From IMG/VR virus record IMGVR_UViG_3300046724_000456: 64,000 nucleotides of DNA. One strand, written 5' to 3'. Under the pieces are notes generated by a model, which worked only from the letters and a program-made list of their open reading frames with translations, did not search any database and was not told the DNA's origin. Source of the DNA: an uncultured virus (IMG/VR IMGVR_UViG_3300046724_000456). Its lineage: Duplodnaviria > Heunggongvirae > Uroviricota > Caudoviricetes. This document shows positions 9,748-19,700 of this stretch, in pieces (position 1 is the stretch's first letter; every line of letters begins with the position of its first letter). The position numbers and the translations under genes are program-made.

Positions 9748-10689
9748 ATGGAGCGACGAATTTTCAATCTGCTGGAGAGGGTCCAGGGCGAGAGCGACGC
9801 CGGGAAAAAAGACGACCTGAAGGAGCAGACCAACGCTGAGTTGGGCGCGCACTTCCGGCGTCACCCGAACGAGCTGGAGGAGCTGGCCTTCGACATCCTG
9901 AACCTCGTGTGGCACGACACGATGGAACAGGACATCGTGCCCCAGGTGATCGAGGTGAAAACCGTCGGTCTCGGTGAGCCGGACTACGTGGAGGAGGATC
10001 TCCGCGGAGGCCGCGCCTACTGGCAGGGCAAAGGTGGCCAGATCCTCAGCGGGATCATCCGCTACGAGCGGAGCGTCATGCCCCGCGAGGAGATGGTGAC
10101 CGCCCTGGACTTCCATCAGGACGAAATCGTCACCAACTTCTGGGGCACGTTCGACAAGCTCGTCGCCCAGGCCCAGGAGAAGCTCCGTCAGCTCCCGACC
10201 ACGCGACTGATCGAACTGGTTCGCGCCGGCGTCAGCGGTGGCAGCCCCGTCTTCGGGGAATTCGCCTTCGCCACGCTGTCCGCCGCCCAGATCGACGCCG
10301 TGATCCAGTCGGTCGCGGTCCGCTCCAAGGGTCAGGTCACGATCCTCGGGACGCAGGTCGCGACGCGGCTCCTGGCCAACGTCGGGCTCGAATTCTCGAA
10401 CGAAATCAAGACCCGGATCTTCGACACCGGCCAGATCGGCGTCTACAAGGGCTACCCGGTCGTCCAGGTCGAGAACTTCGAGGACTTCCACGGGCACTTC
10501 GTCCTCCCCAACAACGAGCTCTGGATCATCGGCCGCAACGCCGGTCGACTCACCTACTACGGTGACGTCCCGAAGGTCCAGCAGCTTCGTCGAGAGGCTT
10601 TCTACACCCGGTGGGAGACCGCGCGGGACGCCGGGATGCTGCTCTACGGTGCGCCTAAGAAACGCATTGGCCGCATCGTCCTGACATAG
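9748..10689 (+). CDS. Major capsid protein (HK97-fold expected)
   Basis: 313 aa, AGGAG RBS, strongly biased codon usage, GQIGVYKGYPVV motif, followed by a hairpin. Confidence 0.82.
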   Translation: MERRIFNLLERVQGESDAGKKDDLKEQTNAELGAHFRRHPNELEELAFDILNLVWHDTMEQDIVPQVIEVKTVGLGEPDYVEEDLRGGRAYWQGKGGQILSGIIRYERSVMPREEMVTALDFHQDEIVTNFWGTFDKLVAQAQEKLRQLPTTRLIELVRAGVSGGSPVFGEFAFATLSAAQIDAVIQSVAVRSKGQVTILGTQVATRLLANVGLEFSNEIKTRIFDTGQIGVYKGYPVVQVENFEDFHGHFVLPNNELWIIGRNAGRLTYYGDVPKVQQLRREAFYTRWETARDAGMLLYGAPKKRIGRIVLT

Positions 10690-10696
10690 AAGGGCC

Positions 10697-10728
10697 TAGC
10701 GCGCCTCGGTCGTCTGGCCGGGGCGCTA
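10697..10728 (+). terminator. Stem-loop after the capsid gene
   Basis: TAGCGC-GCCTCGGTC...GGCCGGGGCGCTA imperfect inverted repeat; no U-tract. Confidence 0.45.
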
Positions 10729-10765
10729 CGGTGTCACGGCTCAAGCGACGGAGGAGGAAACAGGC

Positions 10766-11356
10766 ATGGCGAATCCCAAGAGTCTTTTCGAGAACACCTC
10801 GGGCGGCATCATCGGTGTCGTCCAGATCGACGGCCGAGGGGAGCAGAAAGGCATCCCGCTCTGGGCCGGCGAAGAGGTCTGGCTCTCTCCCGAGGAGCAG
10901 GCGGCAACCGCCAACGCTCCCCGCGACGCGGAGAACAACCCGTTCGAGAACGGCAACCTGACCCTCAAGGTCAAGGCCGCGGACGCGGGGACCAACCGCA
11001 CGATCGGAGACGATCAGGACATCGAGAACCCGCCCGCGCCATCCGCTCCCGCCGAGGAGCAGCCCGACGTCGACGACCTTCGCGAGGAGCAGCCCCCGGA
11101 ACCGGAGGAGAGCTCCACCGGTGCGCCGCCCGAGCCCGAGGCTCCCGCCCCTGAGGGTGGCCGCGCCCAGAACGAGGAGACCGCGGTCGAGGAAAAGCCC
11201 GGGGATCCCGCCGACTTCGTCAGCCCCGACGACGAGGCCAAGGTCGAAGAGGCCCCGCTCGACACGACGGCCGATCGCGCCGCCGGCGTGCGGCCCTCCG
11301 CCACCCCTCCGGCCGAGCTTCCCCCGGAGATGACCCCGCCCGAGTCGGCCGACTAA
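10766..11356 (+). CDS. Hypothetical protein with acidic Pro/Glu-rich disordered C-terminus
   Basis: GGAGGAGG RBS; ~75-aa globular N-terminus then low complexity. Confidence 0.7.
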   Translation: MANPKSLFENTSGGIIGVVQIDGRGEQKGIPLWAGEEVWLSPEEQAATANAPRDAENNPFENGNLTLKVKAADAGTNRTIGDDQDIENPPAPSAPAEEQPDVDDLREEQPPEPEESSTGAPPEPEAPAPEGGRAQNEETAVEEKPGDPADFVSPDDEAKVEEAPLDTTADRAAGVRPSATPPAELPPEMTPPESAD

Positions 11357-11376
11357 GGACGTAGGATCGGTGGCGC

Positions 11377-11985
11377 ATGAGTGACGTCACCGATGCCGCC
11401 GACACAAGGTCACTGATCCCGCGCATCCGGCGCGCGATCGAACCCCCACACGCGCCCGAGCCCGAACTCCAGGACTCTCAGATCAACGCGATCGCCGCGG
11501 ACTCCATCGCCGCGGTGATCTTCTACTCGGGATCCCTGTTCGGCAAAAAACTCGAAGTGGCCGAACGTGACCAGACTTACATGGCCCCGATCGCCTGGCG
11601 CACCGACGTCGCCTTGGAAGAGACCGAGATCACCGCGATCGCCGCCCAGGCTGCGCTCGACTATTTCTACAGCTACCTGACCACCGGCGATACCTCCAAG
11701 ACCGCCGAGACGATCGCCGACGAGGCGTCCAACTGGGCCTGGGAGCGAAGTCCGCAGGCCTTGGTCGAGCGGCTGCGCCAGCTCAAGGCAGACCGAGACC
11801 TGGCGATCGAAGTCCTCGAACAGGAATCCGATGCGAGCCTGGTCGAGTGGGCGAGCTTCATCGGCGAACGTGATGAACTCACCGCCCGGATCGTCGAGCC
11901 CTGGGTCAAGGGCGAAGGTCCGATCTACAACGATCCCCGATTCGAGAGGTCAGGAGCCTTCTTCGGCGAAGGTGAGGTTCTCTAG
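11377..11985 (+). CDS. Head-tail adaptor (connector)
   Basis: Helical 202-aa protein after the MCP; synteny. Confidence 0.55.
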   Translation: MSDVTDAADTRSLIPRIRRAIEPPHAPEPELQDSQINAIAADSIAAVIFYSGSLFGKKLEVAERDQTYMAPIAWRTDVALEETEITAIAAQAALDYFYSYLTTGDTSKTAETIADEASNWAWERSPQALVERLRQLKADRDLAIEVLEQESDASLVEWASFIGERDELTARIVEPWVKGEGPIYNDPRFERSGAFFGEGEVL

Positions 11986-12425
11986 TGAAACCCGACGTCG
12001 AGGGCTTCGTCGCTGCGCAGGAGCGCAAGCGTCAGGTGCTGGGCCAAGAGGTGACGTTCTTCATCCCGACGGCGACCACCTGGCCGGCCGGGGTCAAGGA
12101 CGAGGAGGGTGTGCCGCTGGATCCCACTACCCAGCCGCTGTCCTCTGGCGTTGCGTCCGCCTCCGCCGTCGTGAGCCTGGTCAACAGGCCGGTGGCTGGC
12201 GGAGCCCGCGGTATACAGCCGCACAGCGAGGAAACGGCTGCAGGGCTCGCTGAGCGCACCTCGGTGATCGCCATCATCAGCAAGACGGCCTACGATGCAC
12301 TCGGCCTCGCCGCCGCGGCCGAAGCCGAAGTCTTCGAAAGTCTGTACGCCGTGAGAGATAAACTCCCCGACCAGATGGGACCGGGACCACCCCAACGGAT
12401 GTTGATCTTCCTGGAGAAAAGATGA
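11985..12425 (+). CDS. Head closure/stopper protein
   Basis: 146-aa beta-type protein following the adaptor; synteny. Confidence 0.5.
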   Translation: MKPDVEGFVAAQERKRQVLGQEVTFFIPTATTWPAGVKDEEGVPLDPTTQPLSSGVASASAVVSLVNRPVAGGARGIQPHSEETAAGLAERTSVIAIISKTAYDALGLAAAAEAEVFESLYAVRDKLPDQMGPGPPQRMLIFLEKR

Positions 12426-12910
12426 GCCTGACGCGCGAGGATTACGTCACCAAGTCGGTGACGAAATACCTCAAGGACATACTTGCAACACGCGGCTACA
12501 CAGATGACACAGTGGAGCTGCTGGATTCCTTCCCACAGTCCGGATTGGAATCGCCGCTGAGCAAGACGTTCATCGCCGCCGGCTTCAACTTCGATGACAG
12601 TGGCAAGCAAGCCGAGCTCGGATCCACGCTCAAGTTCCGCCTATATACGATCGAGTTCTTCATTTTCGGAAATACCCGCACCTGGGCGAAGAATGTTGCA
12701 AACGCGGTGAAATTTTCTCTAGAGCAAGATCAAATTGTCCCCATTTTCAATATTCTCGACCCCGCGATGCCCCAGATGGATGCCATGCCGGTGATTGGAT
12801 GCTCGGCAGAGCATCAGCCAATCCCGAAGCCGGCCCCCTGGGAGGAGAACGTCTGGACCGTCCACCTCCGGGTCGAAGACACCTATATAGCGGCTGAAGC
12901 TGTCGCGTAG
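12422..12910 (+). CDS. Tail terminator-like protein
   Basis: 162 aa, AELGS...YTIEFFIFG pattern; neck module position. Confidence 0.55.
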   Translation: MSLTREDYVTKSVTKYLKDILATRGYTDDTVELLDSFPQSGLESPLSKTFIAAGFNFDDSGKQAELGSTLKFRLYTIEFFIFGNTRTWAKNVANAVKFSLEQDQIVPIFNILDPAMPQMDAMPVIGCSAEHQPIPKPAPWEENVWTVHLRVEDTYIAAEAVA

Positions 12911-13193
12911 AGGGCTAGGTTGCTCGTCCCGCCGGGTCTGACCCTCCAGCGGATGACGCATCGAGCCGGTACCGTCAAGGGGAGCCCCGTCAGAAGAGGC
13001 TCCTACGCTCTTGCCGAGCTACACCATCGCCCGCGGTGATTATGGCAGAAAAGTGACAAAACCCCCCGCCGCCTGCCCGGGGTCTGGTCCGAGCGGCGGC
13101 GAGGCACGCGGCCCGCGGCTTACGAGTGATCTGGGAGGGTGCTAGCCGGTCCCGCCCCTCTGCGTCGGCCGCGCGTGGGCATACTATCTGACC

Positions 13194-13850
13194 ATGCCCG
13201 AACTCGGCGAAGAAGGCTTCTACGCCGTCCTTCCCACGCCGCCGGCCCTCCTGGGCGGCTTGGAGCTCCTGGCGGAGGCCCTGGTGCTCGCGCGGCGGCT
13301 GGTGGGGATCGCCCCGACCGGTCAAATCGAGTCCCTCATCGCTGCTGTTGAGTCTCGCGTCAACGCCACCGGCCAGGAGGTCGCCGTTGCCTCGGAGAGG
13401 CTGATCGTCGACAAGATCAACCAGACTCGGGTCCGGCCGGAAGCAGATCGTGGCCGAAAGCACCTGGCGGACGGAGTGAAGTCGGAGTCGCTGGGGCTCG
13501 GCGCGGTGGGTATCGGATCGATCGCCGAGCTCGACACGGTCGTAGGCACTGATGGCAAACCCTTCTGGCGCGCGCAGGAGTACGGCTCTCACCACTTGGT
13601 GGGCAGGACGATCCCCGGGCTCTTCCAGCCGGGGAATGTGCAGGCCTCACATGAGGAATTCCGCGTGCACCCGATCTTCGAAGTGGGTCCGGAGGGCGCG
13701 ATGATCATCCGCCGGCCGATCCCGGCCCGTCACTTCATGCGCGACGGAGCCGCCGAGGCGACCTTACTTCGCGATCGACTGTTCGGCGAGACCCAAACTG
13801 TGGCGATCGCTGAGATCCGCGCGATCCGCGCCGCGGTCGCTTCGCTCTAG
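13194..13850 (+). CDS. HK97 gp10-like tail completion protein
   Basis: HLADGV...FWRAQEYGS...IPARHFMRDG pattern; TACTAT 6 nt before the ATG. Confidence 0.65.
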   Translation: MPELGEEGFYAVLPTPPALLGGLELLAEALVLARRLVGIAPTGQIESLIAAVESRVNATGQEVAVASERLIVDKINQTRVRPEADRGRKHLADGVKSESLGLGAVGIGSIAELDTVVGTDGKPFWRAQEYGSHHLVGRTIPGLFQPGNVQASHEEFRVHPIFEVGPEGAMIIRRPIPARHFMRDGAAEATLLRDRLFGETQTVAIAEIRAIRAAVASL

Positions 13851-13903
13851 AGAGCCAAATCACACCTGAGCGTCCGCCGGGCACTCGTATATTACGCAAC
13901 GGC

Positions 13904-14188
13904 ATGGCTGAGACGGGCGACGGTAGTCGAAACGCATACGTTCACAGGCGGAAGGGCCGATACATGGCGCAACTGCTTGAGGCGTTCGAGGAACAGATCG
14001 AGCCCCTCATACCAGCAGAAGCGTCGAAGGAGTTCAAAGCCCTTGTACGGCGGAAGATGAATGCATTGGCGGCGGATGCGGTCGAGCTTTTGGAGTTGGA
14101 GGAAAAGGCCATTAACGGTGCAGCGCAAGACATCAGAGATCGACTCTTCCCAGATGGGTCTGCGCAGCCAACTGCGAGGAGCGGATAG
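13904..14188 (+). CDS. Hypothetical protein
   Basis: 94-aa helical ORF downstream of the 20-bp promoter repeat. Confidence 0.6.
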   Translation: MAETGDGSRNAYVHRRKGRYMAQLLEAFEEQIEPLIPAEASKEFKALVRRKMNALAADAVELLELEEKAINGAAQDIRDRLFPDGSAQPTARSG

Positions 14189-15421
14189 ATGAGCATTCGA
14201 GCCGGAAGCATTCTGCACGTCGGTGGTCAGAACGTCATCGACCGCATTCAGCAGGCAGGGTTGGGGAACGTCAACCTCCCCGTCGAGACGATTCGCGAGG
14301 TGGGTAACCGCCAGGTGGTCGACAAGATCACCCAGGAGCCCGACTTCTCGTTCTCGATCCAGAGCTTCAATGTCGGCATCGAGCTGATGGCCTTCCTCAC
14401 CGGGCACTCCGGCACGAGCCAGGCCTCCGGTGCCGGCCCGGGTGCCACGGATCCCGAAGGCACCGAATACAACTGGCTCGACTGCGGCTTCGTCAACATC
14501 GCGTCGCCGTGGAAGAACCCGGCGACCGGCTCGGCCGGCATCGTCGAGGCGGGCCACCTGATCCCGGGCTACTACCCGACCAAATACTCCCTCAGCTTCG
14601 GAGTCACCGACAACGCTCAGCAGACCGCCGAGCTCTCCGGTGGCTCCTTCTTCTACGCGAAGGCCGCGCCGCGCGAGGAGAAATTCGAAGGCAACGGCGC
14701 GACGACCGCCTTCGAAACGACCGACGTCACGGTCCACTACCGCAAGGGTGGCTCGGAAGGCTCGACCTTCCGCGACGTCTTCGGCGTGATCGTCGGCGGC
14801 ACCCTGATGACCGAGGGGATCGACTACACGGTCACCGGCGGCAACGGCTCGAAAGCGAAAATCGAATTCACGGTCGCCCCGGCCAACAAAGCCGATATCC
14901 GCTGCTGCTACTTCACCAGCGCGGAAAAGAGCTTCCCGCAGACGGTCCACGCCTCCTCGCAGGTCGTGCCGGGCGCGGTCCGCGGTCGCAACATCGTGAT
15001 CAAGGTCGCCGGCGCTCGCCTCGGCGGGGTCCAGACCTTTACGTTGGAAGCCACCGTCGAAGGCGAAGTCGAACGCGAGATGGGCACCGAAGACGTGATC
15101 GGCTATGTCGTCAACGGGACCGACTGCAACGGGACCGCGACCGTCCGCGCCAAGGACAAAGCGGCGTTCTTCTCGGCCCTCAACAAGGTCACCGGGGTCT
15201 CCGAATCGGAGGTCTTCGGCTGGTTCAACGACCACACCGTGGAATTGCTGGTCGAAATCCAGAACCCGAAGAACCCCGGCCAGATCCTGAAGAAAGTCAA
15301 GGTGACCGACGCCAAGTTTGAGCCCCCGGGCACGCCGGCGCAGGTCAACCAGGCCACGGACTTCCAGTTCCAGTGGTCCTCGGTCACCGGCACCTTCTCG
15401 GAGGTCAAGGGCAGCATCTAG
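14189..15421 (+). CDS. Major tail (tube) protein with inserted Ig-like domain
   Basis: 410 aa, strong codon bias, upstream of chaperones and tape measure; internal FEGNGATTAF...EGIDYTVTG...IEFTVAPA segment. Confidence 0.75.
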   Translation: MSIRAGSILHVGGQNVIDRIQQAGLGNVNLPVETIREVGNRQVVDKITQEPDFSFSIQSFNVGIELMAFLTGHSGTSQASGAGPGATDPEGTEYNWLDCGFVNIASPWKNPATGSAGIVEAGHLIPGYYPTKYSLSFGVTDNAQQTAELSGGSFFYAKAAPREEKFEGNGATTAFETTDVTVHYRKGGSEGSTFRDVFGVIVGGTLMTEGIDYTVTGGNGSKAKIEFTVAPANKADIRCCYFTSAEKSFPQTVHASSQVVPGAVRGRNIVIKVAGARLGGVQTFTLEATVEGEVEREMGTEDVIGYVVNGTDCNGTATVRAKDKAAFFSALNKVTGVSESEVFGWFNDHTVELLVEIQNPKNPGQILKKVKVTDAKFEPPGTPAQVNQATDFQFQWSSVTGTFSEVKGSI

Positions 15422-15518
15422 GCCTTACATAGCGGCTCCGGCCGCGCACTACGGACTCGGCGCTCGAAAGAGCAAGGCACAGGCAAAGCGGGCGATAGCC
15501 CCTAGAGGAAGGAAGCAC

Positions 15519-16382
15519 ATGGAGGCAGCAACCGAGATCCCCCAGGAGTCGCAGGCGGAGACCACTCCCGCCGAAACAGCGACGGCCAAGGGTATCTACA
15601 GCTACTCGACCTACGTTCACCGTGGGCCGGGCGCAGAGGAGTGTGAGCATCGCGAGGACGGGGCCTGCCAGGACAAGGCTCACTTCCACGCCTGGTGCCG
15701 GCTCCCCAACCAGTTCGAGCGCAAATCCCTTCGCGACAAGGGTCTCGCCGCGCGAGCTCGGAAACTGCGGACGCTCGAAGATCCCGAATCGGACTCCCGC
15801 GTCGTCATGGACAGCGAGCTCCGGGCGATCGCCAACCGCGGCGACACCGAGGCGCTGATCGAAGAAATCGTCAACCAGGAGTTCCTGCGCGACCAACTCG
15901 ACGCGATGGAGCGGGTGGCTGAGGAGGCCGATGGCGACTACGACCTGATCGACGAGGACAAGGAGCGCCTGCGGGCTCTGGAGGCCCTACCCGAGGAGGA
16001 GCGCTCCGAGGAGGAGTTCACCGCCCTGAGGATCCGGATCTCCGACTACACGGAGAAGGTCACCGCCATGCGCGACGAGGTCCAGGCACCTCGCAAAGCC
16101 GCGGTGGAGGGCAAGTCGATCGACGAGCTGGTCGACATCGTCCGCGAACAGCGGATGGAGAACGTCGCCAACCAGGAGCAGAACGAGGAGTACGCGAAGT
16201 GGCAGTGGTTCATCGGCACCTTCAAGCCGAAGTCACCTGACACTCCTGGCTTCCCCAACGAGCGCATGTGGGCGGATATCAACGCCTTTACCCACGCGGC
16301 CGAGGAGGAGATCGAAGCGGTGTCAGTCACAATCGGTGCACTCGAAGCCGAAAGTGCCGAATCCCTAAAAGGCTTCTCCTAG
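15519..16382 (+). CDS. Tail assembly chaperone (G-like)
   Basis: ATG after GGAAGGAAG; acidic and helical; between tail tube and tape measure. Confidence 0.65.
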   Translation: MEAATEIPQESQAETTPAETATAKGIYSYSTYVHRGPGAEECEHREDGACQDKAHFHAWCRLPNQFERKSLRDKGLAARARKLRTLEDPESDSRVVMDSELRAIANRGDTEALIEEIVNQEFLRDQLDAMERVAEEADGDYDLIDEDKERLRALEALPEEERSEEEFTALRIRISDYTEKVTAMRDEVQAPRKAAVEGKSIDELVDIVREQRMENVANQEQNEEYAKWQWFIGTFKPKSPDTPGFPNERMWADINAFTHAAEEEIEAVSVTIGALEAESAESLKGFS

Positions 16383-16702
16383 ACGACTCATGGATAGATA
16401 CGGTGAGAATTGCCCGGGACATGGGAACAGCACAGTTACTGTTCCCGCCGGGCATCACCGACCTCAGAGAACTGCCAGCCGGGTACTTCGACGCGATCGG
16501 GATGGCACTCAGTTTCCTGAGCTTCGAGGAACTGCCCACAGAGGACCGTCCACCGCGGCGGATCTGGCTCAACAACGAGAAGCTGAAGGAACATTTCGAC
16601 GCCGTGAAAGCGCGCCAGAAGGAAAAGGCCGACCCCAATGCACCGGATCCGATCGAGGACCCCGTGGATAACCCGGCGGCGAGGGACCTAATTGCCCGGT
16701 AG
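16364..16702 (+). CDS. Tail assembly chaperone T-like segment, probably via -1 frameshift
   Basis: -1 frame ORF (...PKRLLLDDSWIDTVRIARD...) overlaps the end of the upstream gene, has no convincing own RBS and ends at the tape measure start. Confidence 0.55.
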   Translation, partial: PKRLLLDDSWIDTVRIARDMGTAQLLFPPGITDLRELPAGYFDAIGMALSFLSFEELPTEDRPPRRIWLNNEKLKEHFDAVKARQKEKADPNAPDPIEDPVDNPAARDLIAR

Positions 16703-19700
16703 CTTCGACTTCGGAGCGTTCCAGAAGGAAGCCGCCCAGCTTCTGGCTCAGATCCGCGCGAGCGGGGACAAACTCGCTGCGATCGAGAGGGAGGTCAAAG
16801 GCGGTCGGGCGACGACGTCGGAGGTGCGTGCTCGGGCATCTGAGCCCGTTACTGCCGGCGGCGGCGGGGCAGGTACCACGGCTGAGGCAGAGATCCGCTC
16901 TAGGGGGCTGGCCACCGACCAGCTCCTGGCCAAACAGCGCGAGCTGACCACCGCGACGCGCGCTTCCTCGGAGTCCGAGCGGATCATGGCTCAGACGATG
17001 GCTCAGACCAGCGCCGGGATGCAGAAATCCGGCGCTCTCACCAACGAGTTCGTCGACGCCGCCAAACGGGGTGAGGTGACCGTTAGGGAGCTCGGCCAGC
17101 AGGTGGCCGGGACGATCGCCAAGTTCGGGGGCTGGATCGTCGCCGGGTCCGCCGTGTACTTCGCCTTCAATGCGCTGTCTGCTGTTAAGCGCGGTGCGAT
17201 CGACGCGGCCTCCGGAGTGAACGAGCTGCAGCGAGTCGTCAACGGCGTCAACACCAAGAAGGCCGAGCAGGAATTCCAGTCGCTGGCCGGCCACTTCAAC
17301 CTCCCGATCAAAGAGGTTGCGGATGCGGCCTACGAAATGGGGAAGGTCTTCAACAACCAAGAGGAGGCTTTCACCGCCGCGAAACAGGTGCTGTACGCGG
17401 TCAAGATCGGGGAGCTCGACACCGCAGCCGCCTCGCGTTACCTGATCTCGATCATCAACGGCTTTCACCTTCCCGCAAGCCGGATGGCCGATGTTCTGGA
17501 TCAGGTCAACCAGGCACAGAACAATTTCGGCGTGTCGACCGAAGACGTGCTGTCGGGTGTCGCGAAGGCGTCGGGTGCGTTCCACCAGGCCAGCGGCGAG
17601 TTCAAACAGTACGGTCGAGACTACAGCTACCTCCTCGCATTGATCACCACCGGCGTCAAGGTCACCGGCCAGACCGGGCCGACAGTCGGTACGGCGATCG
17701 CTCGCGCCCCCAACTTCCTGCGCCGGCCCTCGAACCAGGAGGTGTTGCGCCAGTTCGGGATCGAACCGAATGGACCGATCGAGAAGGTACTCAATGAAGC
17801 CTTCAAACGGGTCAAAACCCTCACCGGCAAACAGGTGCAAGAGCTGGCGGCGGGTATTGGTGGTCCACAGTATGGAGCGCGCGTCTTCACCGGTCTGCTC
17901 TCCAACTACCAGAAATTCAAAGAAGTTTCTGAGGGGACCTCACCCAAAGCCTCGAAAGGGTCCGCACAGCGAGAGCTTCAACGACAACTCGGTGGGGTCA
18001 ACGAGCAGATCACGAAACTGGGTGTCACTCTCGAACGGATCGGTGAGGGACTCGCTAATTCGCACCTACTCGATTCGCTCGGTGGGTCGCTGGCGGTCAT
18101 CAATCAGATGCTGCTCGGCGTCAACACACTGGTACAGGACTTCAGCAAGCTCCCGGACTTCACCCAGAAATTCCTGGCCTATCTACTGCAGGCGTCGATC
18201 GTCCTGCGGCTCATGCGGCGCTTCCAGGTCGGGGAGTCGATCGCCGGCGGACCTGGCGCACAGCCCGGTGGCGTGCGCGGTGGCGTGGCTAACTTCTTCG
18301 GCGAGGGTGACCGTCGCTATGCGCGCCTTGCCCGCACCAGCTTGGTCAACGAGCAGAATGCGTTGGAGAGTGAGCGGGGTCGGCTCGGTGGTCAGCTTGG
18401 CCGGGCTGCCTCCGAGGAACGTTACACCGGCCAGGGTGCGTTGAGGGCCAACCAGGCACTGATCAGAGAGCAGCAACGCTCCGGGCCTCTGAGCACCGAG
18501 ACGGCCGCGCTGCAGGAGAAGCAGATCATCGCCGAGCGTGCCTATGTTGCGGCACAGGAAACGACCCGCATCCTCAAGCAGAAAGAGGCATCGGCTGCTG
18601 AGCGGTTGGCGAGTGTGCAGGCGTCAATAGGACGAGTTAATAAGTTCGGCGGTCGACTCAACACCAAAGCGGCTATCGAAGAGGCCCAGAAACAGAACCT
18701 TCCTCTTCCGGCCGGCTATGGCAAAGGTGGAGTAGAGAGACCGTTCAGGCTCGGTGGTACTCCTCTGCCCTCTCAGCAAGCTGAGCTGGATGCAGTGAAA
18801 GAGATGGAAAAACGGGGCATTGTCCCGCCTGGACTCGAAAGCGAGACGGCGCGGGCAACGCAGGCCACCTCCGGTGCCACGGGTCGCCTGACTGGGCTCG
18901 GTCAGAAATTTGGCGGACTCCGTGGTGGGCTCGGCAAGATGGGCGGCGCGATGAGTAACCTGCTCGGCCGCGCCGGCGAGCTCGCATTCGCTGCCTTCAC
19001 TATCGGTTTCTTGGCCAATACTCTGACCAGCGTTGCCAGCAGCATCGGTGATGAGTTCGAAGGCATCACCACGTCGGTGACCACGGCCAAAGCCGCGGCT
19101 GAGCAGGCGAAAGAAAACGCCACGCAAGCGACGGCTGGTGAATCCTTCAAGGAGCGGCTGACGAATGCGATCACCGAACACACCAACCTCGGGCCAATTC
19201 CGGTCCCGACGCTGGGCCTTGGCGGCGGCAAAGGAGTAGGTGAAGAACGAGCGGAAGTAGCAGCGCTCGCCCTGACTAAATACCAGGACATCCAGAAGCT
19301 CCAGGACCAAGAGCGGGGCAGTGGCAAAACGGTTCAGTACCGGTACACGTCGGACATCGAAAAGAACATCAAGGAAATTGAGAAGTCCGGCAAAAACCGT
19401 AAGGAAATTCGCCAGGCTCTGAATAAATACGACGAACAGATCAGCCAGTCAGCGCAGGCACTGGAAGGCGGAGCCCACGCCAAAGGTGAACTCGAAAAGG
19501 CCAAGACCCTCCTCAGCAAAGCGAGGGTCAAGAGCGCAGCGAGTAACGAACTCGTCGAAAAGCTCCAGCTCCTCACCTCGAAAGAAATCTCGGAACGACT
19601 GCAGGCCTCTGTCACCCAGCTCGGCGGTTCACTCGGACAGAGCTATAACGCTGGTGCGGCGAAAGCGGCGGCGCTCAAGTACCAGGCGTTGGTCCAGAAA

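Noticed and set aside
13040..13125. RNase P RNA fragments (GAAAAGTG, CGGCTTA)
   Set aside because: No GAGGAAAGTCC element and the pseudoknot cannot be assembled.
13892..17840. Long antisense ORFs (13892-15235, 16569-17840; also 8378-9424, 48856-50046 and others)
   Set aside because: Shadow frames of high-GC3 genes with no motifs or RBS.
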